Positions 35,701-49,209 are shown, counted from the first letter of the whole stretch. The stretch: 63,167 nucleotides of DNA, filler included, from Choristocarpus tenellus KU-1152 (GCA_964200185.2; 9 parts of 9 records of this genome joined end to end with filler, not necessarily neighbours in it), one strand, 5' to 3'. The notes: generated by a model not told the origin, from the sequence alone. Numbers and translations are program-made.

Positions 35701-36250
35701 AAATGTAGGAAACGTCTATTATTCTCACCTGCAGGCAAATGGCATCCACAAGAATGAGCAAAATGCTTGTCACATTGATCACAATGCTCAGGAATGTCCT
35801 CAAAATGTAGATCAAGTAGAATCCATCTTCCATGAACTCCCCAAAAGAGATCGAACCAACAGTCCCCTCACCCCACTCAGAGAGTGGTGAGAAGGAGGAA
35901 TATCCCTTAAATTTCGACTGGTCGACAATGGCATACACGATCATGGTCACAGCGATTGGAAGTCCAATCAGCAGTGGCCACCTTTGTCTCGTGGGCCAGG
36001 ATGTGGGCCAGGATATACAACTGCCTGTGATAATTAGGAGCCCCAAAACCTGATGGGAGCACAGAGATTCATATAACAAAAATGCACAATATACTTTGTA
36101 GGTGAGGAGGGCATCCAAACCGCTGGAGGGAACAATATAATGGCCAATTACCGATCAGAAATAAAGGAAACAAATAGAACAAAAACCTTGTCACCCAGAT
36201 ATAATCAGCGGCAAGATACGGAGACACTCCGAGACTTTTGCAGCAGCTAA
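32722..36250 (-). CDS. AzgA-like / xanthine-uracil-vitamin C (NCS2) permease, C-terminal part, divergent
   Basis: Phase-consistent exons 36049-35729, 35523-35455, 34544-34309 and 33298-32722, plus a probable small exon at ~36195-36250. Motifs include GARTGLASVVAGVFFLVSMLIWP, PGHVTGALAII and VMPLLIIPFTFEFVDGL, with multiple hydrophobic helices. Confidence 0.78.
34016..34273 (+). mobile_element. MITE family A (intronic)
   Basis: Full TIRs GAGCCAAAGTATCTTAGAGGGT / ACCCTCTAAGATACTTTCACTC, flanked by ATGT on both sides. Confidence 0.9.
34677..34935 (-). mobile_element. MITE family A (intronic, reverse orientation)
   Basis: Reverse complement of the family A consensus. Confidence 0.9.
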
Positions 36251-36291
36251 TTAATTGTGTTGAAGAAGTTCTTGGTCATGAGAATACAGCA

Positions 36292-36480
36292 GGCTCAAAG
36301 TATCGGTTGGGGGGTGGCGGTGGTCCATTGGGGGGCCAATTTTTTCATGTCGCAATTTTTGTGTGATTTGGTTGCATACATCGTATGGATAATGTAAGTG
36401 CACTTTTTCTGGTTATGGTCCAAATGGACACTCTGGTGTAGACCCCCCCCCTCCCCCCCCCCCCCCCCCCCACCCCCCCC
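36292..36480 (+). mobile_element. MITE family B, broken at its poly-C tract near the contig end
   Basis: GGCTCAAAGTATCGG...GTCCATTGGGGG...CCAAATGGACAC...(C)n. Isolated right termini of family B also occur just after linkers at 31295-31318, 36635-36656 and 56630-56653. Confidence 0.85.
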
Positions 36481-36889
36481 GCCCCCGTGTTCTTCCCCCA
36501 CCGCCGCGGCCAAACGCACAAAAAAAAGACGATCNNNNNNNNNNNNNNNNNNNNNNNNNNNNNNNNNNNNNNNNNNNNTTAATTAATTAANNNNNNNNNN
36601 NNNNNNNNNNNNNNNNNNNNNNNNNNNNNNNNNNCCCTTCCCCAGATACTTTGAGTAGGAGGCTGGACCCAGGTTACCTGCAGCTCCATTTCATCCTTCG
36701 CAACACCTCGAGGAAGATGGATGCATGGGAGGCTGCCAAGAAAGGAAACAGAAAGGATACCATCTAAAGACAAAATAAGAAAAAACAATGTATAGCCAGA
36801 ATATATATATATATATATATATATAATGAAAAAAAAGTGCCCAGTAGTCAGAGATCCTGAATTCGAGCGGTGGTTGCTGCCCAATTGAA

Positions 36890-37347
36890 CCCAGACGCCA
36901 TAAGGATCACAGCAAGTTCCTAATCAATCTGAAGCAAGTGCGAGAGGTTGCCACACATCTTGAGGATACAAGAGTATGTCACCACACATCTTCCCAAGCG
37001 CTGCCGAGATTCAAGGGTCCAGGGGCTGTTTGTCGACCCCAGAATCTGAGTCTGTTTTGTGCTTGTGTAGGCTCCAGGGCAGTAAGAAAAGATTTCCTCG
37101 CAAGTTCGATGGGGGACGATATTGTCATAGAGATCCAGCCAATCAACTCACCTGACCTCAACATCAACGGCCTGGGAATATTTCGTTCCATCCAGCAACA
37201 GAAAGAAGATGTGGGGGTGACCAACACAGAAGCGGTGATGTAGGTCATAATGGAGGCGTTCGATGTGTACCTCTGGGCGACACTAGAACGCGCCTAGTAG
37301 AACTTCTTCGCAGTCTACGGTGAAGTGCTGGGGTTGAAGGGTGACAA
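36890..37347 (+). mobile_element. Tc1/mariner (DD39D-type) transposase C-terminal relic
   Basis: IEIQPINSPDLNINGLGIFRSIQ (QPPNSPDLN motif) ... EAFDVY...GLKGDN, with in-frame stops. It ends at a MITE B insertion. Confidence 0.8.
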
Positions 37348-37350
37348 CAT

Positions 37351-37529
37351 GGCTCAAAGTAACTGGGGGGGGGGTGGCGGCTGTCGATTTGGGGTCAATT
37401 TTTTCATATCTCGATTTTGGGGTGATTTGGTTGCATACATCGGATGGTTAATGTACGTGCACTTTTCCTGGTTTTGATCTAAATGGACACCCTGGTGTAG
37501 ACCCCCCCCCTCCCCAGATACTTTGGGTC
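37351..37529 (+). mobile_element. MITE family B
   Basis: GGCTCAAAGTAACTG(G)n ... (C)nAGATACTTTGGGTC; exact 3-bp TSD CAT. Confidence 0.92.
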
Positions 37530-37534
37530 CATCT

Positions 37535-39300
37535 TCAAAATTCCCGGTCTTGGCAAGGAAAAGGCTGAGAAGGCGGACAAGCTCCCCTCGAATGGCCTGG
37601 TAGATGCAACAAAATACTGTGTTAGAATGGATTTTGGAGGGCTTTAGGGGCGGAATCATGGTGCAGGCCTCCCGATTTTGGTTGAGATTTTGTGGGCAAC
37701 CTTTTAGTGCCTGCACAATACACCCATAAAATGCTAACATGTGCAAAAAAATCTTGCTTCTTCAGTGGGACTGCAAAAGTTATGTTACATATAATTCCGA
37801 ACGGAGGAAGTATTCCTTTGGGGGCTGACATCATATGTAAAATAATGGATTTGCTTTGAGTCAAATTGAGCCTTAACTGGCTTTAACGAAACACCCATGG
37901 TTTGTAAGGTTGATAGAACTGTAAGTTGTCATTATTTGTGGTGTTCCCAAGGTGAAGAGGCCAATGCAAAACCGTCTAAGTATACCAACAACCCAGAGTT
38001 ACAGCCAAATTAACAGGGGATTTCAAAAATTGAGGATGGAGCTTTTCGTTGAGGATGGGCTCGACCCAAAATTGACTAGGAGAAAGTGTCGATATGTTTT
38101 TTTTTTGTATTATTGTTTTTTAAGTTTCAGATATGAAGCATTGGAAGATCCATGGTGGATTTTCTACTCCAAATGGTGACCTCAAATATTCATATTCCCA
38201 TCTGGTATGATAAATGCATCTTTATGTTATTCTCCTTCCTCAGTTATCGGTAGTTGCCAATAGGCATTGGATATCTATATAAGGTAAATATTTTGAGCTT
38301 CCCAACGTGGATTAACACTTTTCCGTGGATGGTAAAGGCCATGCTTTTACAATACCCTGCTTTTCCGTATCGTTTACAGATTGGGGGATGTTGTCGTCCA
38401 TTTGTGATGCCACCTGATACTGAGATCTACTAACTGATTTAGGGCCTGGTTGGGGTGGAAAGTCAACAGATGTGGCACAACAACCTAGTTCGCTTTCAGA
38501 TAACGAAAAGATCTGTCTGAATTTAGCTATAGTAGCTAGAAATTTGTTAATGCCTTCTCTTAAAACACCTCCTTTGAATCATCCCTAGCTTTTATAAGTT
38601 CTCCAGGGTGGAGGGCATGCCTGCAGCTGTTCTTGTGGCAGTCTATGAGAGGGTTTGTGTATGTGACACGGTGGAGATATGACCTAGTACGTTATTTGCA
38701 TGTAGCTTGTAACCTTTCTTTGATATATTGGCAATTTTGACCAGATATCCTCCATCTTCTGCCCAAACAGTGAGTGTTTGGCTGATATAAATATGTTGCC
38801 AGTGGGGATTATTTCTTCGTTCTATACCAGTCTTGATGATGGGTTCCACAACAACATTAGTGACCGTTCCCTAAAGAGCCTGGGAACTAACCGCAACAAC
38901 AGTTTCCGTGCCAGGGGTAACGTATGTCTCTTTTACGCTATGCACAGGTATGATGAACACAGTTGTTATAATAGAAATCAAGACTTTGGATGAGGTAATG
39001 ATTGGTTTGCTGAACTTGTTTTTTAGAACGTTGTGTCTAGGTTCTATACCTTCAACAGTTGCTTCTGCCCTAAACAGCACAAGTCCCTGAGACTTTTTCG
39101 ACCATCACTTCCTACAGTTTCTGGGAAACAGACACTACAAGGCATCCCTAAATCCCATCCTCCCTTGTACATTTCTCTACAGGTTCAGCATTGTCCTGTT
39201 CAGAGTTTGAGCTCGTCGGGGGTTGTAGTTAAATCGGACTAACCGAGGTTCTTACCCGATTCCATCGTGTAGTTGTATTTCTTTCTTGGTTCATAATTCA
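37535..39300 (-). mobile_element. Ty3/Gypsy LTR-retrotransposon pol (RT) relic
   Basis: Frameshifted RT motifs at ~38150-38345: WPLPSTEK..TLGSSKY, ISNAYWQLPI, HKDAFIIPDG and FGVENPPWIFQ. The outer limits are approximate. Confidence 0.7.
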
Positions 39301-39517
39301 CTAGAATACTTAATACCTCATTGACAAAAGAAGGATCAATAGTATGGGTAAATAATATATATATGCACATACTAAAGAACCATCAATATACATAAAACAA
39401 AAACAGAGTTGTGGGAAATGGGTGGGGGGGGGAGAGAGAGGACAGAAAACGAAACTTGAAAATGAACTCCACCTAACACCACAACAATAATTAGGGACAC
39501 CAATTCCATAGTAGAAT

Positions 39518-41463
39518 ATGAACAAACGCAGAGCTGATGATGGGGATGTCGCCGACACACAGGAAGCAATAAGTGCAAGGAGGAAGGCAAAGGTGTCGTC
39601 CAAGTATCGGTGAGGGTACGAAGGGGAATTTTTTGTGGTGACCACTCTATGGATACATCTATACTGTGGATGCAAGCATAGACGTTCAGTTAATCCTCTG
39701 CGTCCAGTCATGTCCCTCGTGTTACCTCCTTCCGCTCTTCTTCGTTTCAAATGCTATGTCTAAAGCACGAGCTTGAGAGAAGGATACTACTCATGTATGA
39801 TTATGCAATGCGTTTCCCCCTTATGCAGGAGAAATGCGGCTCCAACTGGCTCTACCTCATCGAACTCAGGGTCGTCGGCGTTTAAGAATCTAAAGCTCCC
39901 TAAGACGTTAGCTGGTGCTGGAACGAACGATCTCCATGGAAACACTGGGGTGCTTGGAACAACCTTAAATAATCCGTCCGGGTTTGGGGTTCTCGCAACA
40001 TCCAGCATGGCATCAACTATTTTTAGTGTAACTGGCACCTCGGGAGGTCCTTCAAATGCCATGCCCTCCTCCTCCGAAGGATCCTTCTTATCGCCTGCTG
40101 GTGGCTCTGGGTTTTCCCTTGGTGTGAAAGGCGGCAACGAGTCTGGGAATACTCCAAGCTCAGCTTCAGTTTCAGCTGCTCCCACCTTAGGTTTTAATGC
40201 GCGAAGTGGTCTTGCAGAGAAAGCATCGTTTGTCCCACCTGCCTCTAGTGGATCTTCTTTTTCAGTGGAAGGCACGAAAGTGGGAGGTAATGCTCCCTTG
40301 TCGACCACAGGATTCTCATTTGGAATGAACTCGACTGGAGGTAGTGATCCCACATCAACTCCAACTACCCCTGTCAAGGGGTTCACTTTTGGCATTGGAT
40401 CTTCAGGGAGTGAGACTGCTGGCTCGTCTTTTTCGAATTCAGGGACTACTGTGGCCTCTTTCGGTAAGAAACCAGCGAATTTCGGTTCCTCTACCGCATC
40501 ATCTACTATTGCTGGAGGAGGGTTTTCGTTTGGTGGTAAGGGTTCTTCGAAGCTCCCCACCTCAGCAACGAGTGCAAGTGCAATCTCATTTTCACCCAGC
40601 GTGGCAAGGCCTTCAAATACTTCTGTGAAGCATCCCTTTGTTGCGAACGAAATGAAGGACAAAGAGACAAAAAAGCTATCAATGGAGGACTATGTGGCTA
40701 AAAGATTGACTAACCTGAACAAAAGTTTTGCTCTGTGGGTGTCAAGGAATGCTGCCAACAGGACTGGTTGTATATTTGACCCTGCAATGTTGGACTATCT
40801 CCGTTTCTCTGCTGAGATACGTGATGGTGCTGCTAGTGCCAGTTTGAATAGCAAGGCGCCAGTGGTCTCAAAGGTGGAGCCAGACCCCCCAGCTCCAGCT
40901 CTAGATTCATCTCTGACTCCAGCTCCATTTGCGGTTCCAGCTCAGAGTTTGACTCCAGCACTGACTTTGACTTCAGCTCCAGCTCCAGCTCCAGCACCAG
41001 CACCAGCACGAGTTACAACTCCTTTCCCAACCTTTGCCATGCCTACTTCTTCATCTGGCTCAGCATTGATAGGATCTACACTTCCTTTAGCATCCTCCAA
41101 GACCCAATCTACAGGGTTTACCTTCAATGCGCCTTCAACAGGTTCATCAGCTTTTGGTTTGGGATCTAGTCCCCCTGCCTTCACAGGTAAGCCCATCTGT
41201 CATTGCCGTAGGGAAAGTACTTTGTCGTTATAGTACTAAAATAATAAAATAGACGAGGAGTTGTGAATGTACAAATATTATCTATATTATTTACATGGGT
41301 TCTATTGTCCTGTTGTGCAGGCTTTCAAGCTCCAGTTGGGGGCTTCAGATTTCCAGTAGACTCAAACACATTGCCAGGTGGCTCACCCGCAGAAGAGTCA
41401 GATGGGATGCCAAAGGAGAATCCAGCAGAGATGGCCCGGGCAGAAGGAGAGGAGGATGAAGAG
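39518..41463 (+). CDS. NUP50: Nucleoporin Nup50/Nup2-like (partial; RanBD exons not in this contig)
   Basis: Exon 39518-39609 reads MNKRRADDG...ARRKAKV (Nup50 importin-alpha-binding N-terminus). Exon 39829-41186 has FxFG-type repeats and the LNKSFALWV...MLDYL helical segment. Exon 41321-41463 reads ...AEGEEDEE, leading into the RanBD. Splice phases are consistent. Confidence 0.8.
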
Positions 41464-42869
41464 GTATAGTTCTAGGCTGCCATAGCAATACATGTAGCTC
41501 ATGTAGAGGTGTTTGTTCAGAGTTGGACTAATGTGTTTACTCTAGTTTGGGATATGGGATGGCATTAAGTAAGGCCATGGTTGCTGTTGTGTGGATGCTT
41601 GGGAGTTAGTGAGGCAAGGTTTGTTTTTGTCAGACTGATATCGATGACAGGGTGGACAATGGAACTTTCCAGTATGAAAGCTCTTGTAGAGTTGAGCCAA
41701 GAAATTTGGGTATGTATGTGAAATTGTTAGTGGCATCAAGGTGTGGAGGCAATCCAGAGTTCCAGAGTATGGGCCATTTGAGACATTCAATGCCACAGAG
41801 AGAGCCCTCCATAGCTACTTCACTACAGGGGAACCGTCCCTTAACCCTTTGCATATTAGTGGAAATGTTTGATTTCTGTGTACCTTGAAATTTATGACTG
41901 TTGATCATATCATAGTCAAAGATCGGTTTCTACTGTATCCCATTATCACTCAAAGGGAAGAGATGTGATTTTTGTTGTATATTGGAATTGGAAAAAAAAC
42001 ATTTCTTAGTGCACACCACTGTGCACCAAGGGATTTTAACTTCATGTCGATTATTATTTATTATGTCCACTCTCTTTGTCGCTGTGTTCTACTACTATTG
42101 TATTTATTATTGTGTGTTTAGTTATTTATTGTATTGTATTGTATTTATTAACTTTAATGGTGCATTTCATACATACGTTTGGATTGTGTTCTGTTTCTAG
42201 ATAGGAAACAGACAGATGTTAAATATCTAAATGGTTTTATTCTAAAAAATATACATGTAAGACATATCTTGCTATGTTGAGGTACTTTGAAGACAACCTG
42301 GCTATGCTGAGCACTTTCTGGTTGATCCTTTTATTATAGGGTCTGTGTCGAAGTACTCTATGAAGTCAAGCATGTATTGTACTCTTGTATTGTACTCTGC
42401 AGATGGTATGATAATGATAGTACTATATACAACTATCATTTACATGGGTAGTATTGGGAGGTTGGAATGGTTGGGTTTCGCAAATATAAAAATATTAATA
42501 TAAAAACTTGGAACAGTTTCCACCACAATTGAGCTGTCAACTACAATCAAGATTACGTGCACAGCTTTTGTTCATAGTTTTTCCCTTGCGATATTTTTAA
42601 TTTTTTGTTATCCAAGTGAGTGCTTGTGCTATTTTTTTTTTTTTGTTATGCACTAGTTTTCCAATAATCTGCTGAAGCTGCAGTGCATTCGTTCAATTGG
42701 TGAGGGTGGTAAGTTCTGGTCTTCCCCCCTTCATTGACAGACTCTCCGTCCCCTTGTTGTTTTGTGTTGNNNNNNNNNNNNNNNNNNNNNNNNNNNNNNN
42801 NNNNNNNNNNNNNTTAATTAATTAANNNNNNNNNNNNNNNNNNNNNNNNNNNNNNNNNNNNNNNNNNNN

Positions 42870-42909
42870 CCAAATGGACACGGCTCTACCCTCTAAGATA
42901 CTTTGGCTC
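42870..42909 (-). mobile_element. MITE family A terminus at contig start
   Basis: CCAAATGGACACGGCTCTACCCTCTAAGATACTTTGGCTC. Confidence 0.85.
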
Positions 42910-43030
42910 AGTAGTACAATATTTGATAGTAATGGTGAAGTAATTGGTTAGTGGTTTCCACACTTACAATGTTTTATAGTGTTCTTATGTTTAGGATACT
43001 TATTTCTTTAGGGCCAATAACGGCATACAT

Positions 43031-43092
43031 ATAGTTTTGATTGGTTTACCCCCTGACACATCTGCAAAATGTCAGAGGGCATAATAATATAA
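43031..43092 (+). repeat. Short hairpin-containing dispersed repeat family D
   Basis: CCCTGACACATCTGCAAAATGTCAGAGGGCATAATAATA. Copies at 54256-54300, 54300-54360 (degenerate), 54446-54510 and 58595-58640 (reverse). Confidence 0.75.
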
Positions 43093-46000
43093 TATGATGA
43101 TACCTATTAAGACGAGATGTGAGTCAAATCACACAGGTCATAAACAATAATCCAATATCTCTTTGCTTAGACGATGGCTGTTACACTATTACGGCAATGC
43201 AAGGTGTCAACCTAGCCGACACCTCTCACTTAATGAACAAACACATGTGAAACACCTATGATAATCGGTCATCACCAACATACACGTACACAACGTACTG
43301 TTACAGGCGAATAGCGTGAATATTTCTCCTCGGGGTTTAACCGGCGCGAGCAGTGTACGCGCGTGGGGAACCCCAAAAGGGGGAACTCCGATTTGCTAAA
43401 AAGTTGCAGAAAAAAAAATGTAACTCAGGAAAGTCGCAAGGGTTCCCAGATGGAAAGGTCGCAAAGGTTCTCAGATATATTCCAATTCTGTAAACCAAAG
43501 AAGCCCCAATGATAAATGATGATAAGAGATCCTAAAAACGGCTCCAAACAACTCTGTTCTTCTGACCTAGAGACCCTACTCAATCACTCTCTTACTGATA
43601 TCGAAGAACATACATTGTCGTGTGCTAATTGATTCATTGAGAGTACCCCTGTTCTGCTGAGCTGACGTTCATTAATCTGTGAATTGGAGCTACCTATCCT
43701 GTGGAGGTAAGTTTCTGGAGCGTGCCTGTAACATGGAGACTTTCCACCCTGTAGCAGAACCGCAGATAGCCAAGCCCTACCTAGAGAAATCACAGCTGAG
43801 TCTTCAGACTACTCTTACGTAGAATTATAGGATGGTCAATGTGAACCAAGCCCTCGCAGTCCCTGCTCTTCCAGTCCTATCCAGTTCTGGTCCAGTCTTG
43901 GGATTTATTCTGATTGGGTCTGACTATTACAGGTTGTGCTGCTTCCCCAGACTCATGGTTCTGGGACTCCCGTGGGAAGAGTCTAGAATTAATTTCGATT
44001 TGGTTAGTGTCGGAGATGCTGGGACAACATCCAGTATGGACACTACTCCCCTCTTGGGTAAGGCGTCGAAGCCTTCTTTCTTCAAGAGTTTGGGTGTTGC
44101 GCAAGAAGGTTCCTACCACAGTGGCAACTGTCGAGTAGTATTGAATAAACCTCAAGTGCCAGTTGCTAAGTTTTGAACTAAACTCGAGAGCGCCATTTGC
44201 TAACCGCCAAGGTCAAGAATGGTAGATGATACCTATGAAGTAAAGGTGAGAATGCCATTTGCTGACTGCCAAGTACAATTGTGAATGTCAATCGATAATT
44301 GCCAAGTAAGTCAAGAGGGTCAATTGATAAACCGCCAAGGAAAACAAGAGTGCCATTTACTAAACGACCACGTAGAAATTGAGAGTGCTGTCATCAGCTA
44401 ACTGCGTATCATGAATCGAGGAATCCTTTTCATTGAAAATGCAAGCCAGAGTAAAAGGGAGAGGGAAGGGGTGGGAGGGGGGCAGCTCCAGGGTGGCAGA
44501 CTGTGCCAGTTGTAAACCCGCAAAGCAAGCCAAGAATAGGGGCAAGCCACTTGGGGAGGTAAATCAATGATGTGGAGAAGGATGGTGCATGCCCCTGGAA
44601 TTTTTGTTTGCTGGAAATTTAGAACAGGCTGATGGAGTGAAGCAGGGTGTGATAAGAATCGCAAGGATAATGAAAGTGAGCGTTCTAATACATGTAAGCC
44701 AGGTTAAATCTTGCTTTGTCTACTTCAATTTGAGCAATCACGGGATGAATGCGCCATGTGTGGTGACAACTGTTGCACTCCACAGAGTAGACAATTTCGT
44801 ACTCATGGTTGAAAGTTTTATTTGCTCTCTGGCAATCTCAACAGACTAAGCCTGGGATTGATATGCCTGTGGTTTGAGGCTTTGCCAGTGGATTGGCGTA
44901 AAGGGTTTTGAATAGGGCTATGGGACAGTTTGGAGTTTTTCAGACTACCTTGCAGGTGTAGCTGGTGCAGCTGCATGCACCCTAATGAGGGCATTAACTT
45001 CCTTTGTAATAAGTCTGCTCACGAGAGCACAGATATTTATCCAAAGGACCATTTTAAACGATTTTGTTGTGCTACCAAACCTGATGCTGTTCAGAGTGTG
45101 AACATGCACTGTAGGTTGGTGGAGGTGCTGTCATAGTCATGGATAGCATTGGCCAACTGTCATCTGAAGGAGAATATGTTCCAAATAATATACAGCAATA
45201 AGAGGGAAGGGGACAGGTGGGCAAGTTAGAGTTGAGTGAGCATATTAAAAAATCGCTCTCAGAAGCAGCTTCCTCTGATGGAATATGTAGCTCCAATCCA
45301 CAATCCTCTAGGGTGATGACGAGGCTTGAAGGAGCCTGTGATTTGCCGAAAAGCCTGTCAACCAACAAGATGGGTGGTTGATAGACTGTTATTGTAATGA
45401 TGAACACAAGCGTTCTTTCAAGCTTGATGTTGGGTAGGTCGAGAAACACTTGAGGGGTATGAATCATCCTCAAATATTTTCCGAATGCCACTAGTGTAAT
45501 GTGTCATGTACGTCAGTTTTAATATCTACGCTACATATCAACTGAACACTTCAATTTATCATCAACATACAGATTTTACACTGTATATATATGACGGCTT
45601 TGAAGCTTCCCGTTTTGGGCTGTCTGTACGCATGTTTGTCGCTCACGACGTTTGATGTGCCTTTTACACACATGTTTGCGACTGCGACAAGGCGAAGCTA
45701 AAAAATTCAAGGCAAGGCTAGAAGAAAAGGGGGGGAGGTTGGATGCACATGCTCGTAACCTTAGCACACAACGGTTAAGTGCGCTTATGTACGACCCTAG
45801 CAATACAAGGCTAAAAGAGAAAAGGGTTGAAAATACATGTTCACGATCCTAGCGAGGCAAGGTCAAGAGGGGGGAGGGGAAGGATGGACGTGCATGTCCC
45901 CGACCTTAGCATGTTAGGGTTCAACGTACATGTTTGCGATGTTGACCAAAAAGAGGTTGGACGGACATTTTTTGCCACCCTGGTGTACGAATATATATGA

Positions 46001-46703
46001 GATAGCTTATTGCAAACACAAAACTTTGTAATAAGATTGCAAATAAAGCAGCAGGTGCCCGTCCCGCTGGTAGAGGCAGCAGTACTGGCAGAACATGGAG
46101 GTGGATATCTGAACAATACAGTCGGTGCTGATCTTAGAGTATATCAAAGATGGTCCTCATCCGTACCTGCCTAACGAGGGTCCCCGTAACCATGATCCCG
46201 GGAAATGATGCCTTGTCGTAAGCAGACTCCAACAGAACGAATTCCGACATTGGTACAGCGCCAACCGGGACCAGGAAAACAGAGATTACGAGAGGTTGGT
46301 GCACGTTGGCTATGCTTTAAATCTGCTGGAGTAGTCTGGAGACTTAGTTGTCATTCCAGTACGAAAGGAGTTGATCGTGTTTTGTTTATTGTAGTGTTCA
46401 CTTATTTATTGGTAATGACTGATCATAGGATGTAGTTGGGTCACACGTAAGTCTACTCATTAAGTGAGAGGCATCGACGAGGTGTTGCTTAGCTTATAAT
46501 GCGTCTAGATGGGCATGATGATTTCATGGTTCTAAAAATAACGTTCTAAATCAGTGTTTTAGTGAGTACATAACAAGGAAAGTAAATCAATGGTTATGTT
46601 TCCCGTTTTCTTTTTTCACAAATATTGATTTTTATAATAACGATCAAACTATCCGATCACTGCTGCCTGATTTTAGACCCACATCCATAACATAACATCA
46701 ACA

Positions 46704-48120
46704 ATGAAGGTCGAGGACTCGGAAGAGAGAGTTTGCCACCTTGTGTCGGGTGGATTTGCATACCTCCTACAGGCCTTACTCGGAGTGGCAGCGCTTGCGG
46801 GTCTACTGGTGAGCAGAGGGTGTACCACCGTGGTTGGTCGCTGGATTCAAGTAGGTTGTTGCAAGATGGAGTTGTGGGAAAGGGGGAAAAGGTTTTTACT
46901 AAGGTCGTATCACTGCTTCTGCACTTGGGATTGGACATCTCTGCTCTCATGACGTTGCTCTAAGAGACCCTCTTGATTGCGGGATGCTCTGGGATATCAA
47001 AAACGAGACGATTCGAGCGACCAAAATAACTGATAGACGTTTCGTCTGACACCTCAGCAACGCTCTGCACTACTCTTTGGCAGGTGAAGCGATGGCAGGC
47101 GCCGGTCAAGCGCCCACCAATGGTTTGGCTCTACGACGTCTCAAAGCAGTGTATTGGAGCAGTGTTCATACACATGTGGAATATTGTGCTCTCCATTGTC
47201 CTCTCAGACTTACGCTCAGTTCCGATCGGGGCAGGAAAGGAGGTGACATGCCCATTTTCCTATCCATTTTTGTCAGGGAGGACAGACAGAGTGGCGAGAG
47301 ATCGAGAGGAGTGTTGAGTTTATCTGAAATTCTCTAAACCTCTCCTTCTACCTTCGTTAGTTCTCATTTCCCATTCTTTTTCAAGTAGTTGAAGACGCTT
47401 TTTGCAACTTGAGAGTTCTTGCTAATTTCAACTACTTCGTTTTCGATTCCTTTCCATCATTGATTTTACCACAAGAACTTTGTCGGATGCTCTATAGCCG
47501 AGGGAACACTCGCGCGCTGATTGAAGGGGTGAGGGGGACTGCACCGTGTCCTTGGAATCCCTATGCTGCAAGGACTGAGACGGAGGATTTCTGTGTATCT
47601 CAACTTTGCCGCAAGCGGCCTTATCGAACCCCTTGCACTTCTTACTATGACTATGCTTTATGGGTCCTCAAAATATATGGTATCTGTAGAGAGAGGTAGA
47701 AAGTATTTCCAGTCACAATAATGTTCAAATTAATCCTAATACTATGTGCATGTTTGGGTTGCCCTCGAATTCACAGCCCCGTTAGCCAGTACACTTGGAA
47801 AACGCTGATCGCCTCAAAATTTTGAGGGATATGGTGCTCACTCTTCAAAGTGTAGCTACAGGTGACCACTGCACTGACTGGAAGAATAACCCTTGCCTGT
47901 TCTGTAATATTTGCTTGCTCAACAACCCATCCCCCCTCCTACCACATCCGCTATCCCCCACGTTATTCTTCGTCGTAAGGGTGGTGTAGGCGGGGCAGAT
48001 GAATGTGCCATGTATTTCCTCAACTTTTTGCTGGATGCACTATTGGGGACCTTCATCATTTGGTGCTTTATCAAGGTGCAAGAACTCAGCGCGCGACGAT
48101 GCGGCATCGACAGCCTGAAG
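46704..48120 (+). CDS. STIMATE/TMEM110-like membrane protein (N-terminal three exons)
   Basis: Exons 46704-46808, 47084-47242 and 47980-48120. Motifs: CHL...FAYLLQALLG, KRW..PVKRP..VWLYDVSKQ..GA.FIH.WN and DEC.MYFLNFLLD..LG. Confidence 0.85.
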
Positions 48121-49173
48121 GTAATGTAGCCGTCCCATGCGCTCCAAACTCTACTTTTCCAGAAAATGCGGAGCCAGCGGCCTGCCTTGCTGCCAACCTC
48201 CCTCCTCGCATGCTGCCTCTTGCTTTCCCTATGCTTTTGATCCGGTTGTCTCCTCCCCCTATCAGGGCATGGTACATACTTTCTGTTCCTTGGGTACTGT
48301 GCCCTTGATTTCACTTACGTGTGCGAACACTTTACCTTGCACATGAAAATATTCCTCTGTATCTCACTACTCCTACTGTGGTAGTTAATCCCCCCCCCAC
48401 CCCATTTCTGTGGCACACCCCTGTGTTACTCCTCTCATTTATAATGCCACAGGGAGCAGGTGAGGGTTCGTTTTTTTTCTAAGCACTGTAGCACAGAGTA
48501 CAATACAACTTAGTGTTAGGGTTAGGGTGTAGTTTATGGCGTGTGACTTCTTTTACGTGGAATGAGAGTAGTTGATGCGTGCATATGAGTGGATGTACGT
48601 CATCCGAGAACCCTCGTCAAACATTTATCACGTCTAAGTATCGTTGTTGTTACTGTTTTATTTTTATTATACTGTATGCATGTATGACATTGGTGTGCCT
48701 CCCAGTTTGGAAATCTTGCTGATGCGTGCTGACTAATTCATGATGGATATGGATGCATATATATACACACAAAACAAGCAAACACACACACACACATACA
48801 TACATATATATATATATGTATAATTTTGTTTTGTTAAATTATCTCTTTGAGAGGAAACTTGAGCTGTCCCGTTCAATAGCGTTAGGGTTAGCTCGTTTTA
48901 CTATAGTCATAAGACATGGAACACTCTTTGAACAGTCTTTAGCAACGAGTATCTGGCACATGAGTACTTCCAATGTGGGAGAACCTCAGACAGCAAGTAT
49001 CCCTACATCATGGTGGGGGCATGTTAACCTTGAAAGGCGTGATACTCTCCTTGTCAGGGGACACAACTTGTAAATACATAAACAAGTATTAAAACATGTG
49101 AAAATTGGCATGTAACAAGAAAACAGATCTTGCTTATTATTTAATCCATTGATGTCTTGGCGGGGGCAGGAGG

Positions 49174-49209
<36 letters not shown>

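Noticed and set aside
36481-36534. Odd GC-rich or low-complexity tails at contig ends (also 49200-49279 and 56554-56630)
   Set aside because: They abut long homopolymers at contig termini and look like low-quality read ends.
39787-40662. 291-aa antisense ORF
   Set aside because: It is the shadow of the Ser/Gly/Thr-rich Nup50 exon on the opposite strand, with no independent domain signal.
48510-48530. Interstitial telomere-like TTAGGG doublets (also ~12631 and ~49922)
   Set aside because: Only about two units each, too short to distinguish from chance or simple-repeat noise.
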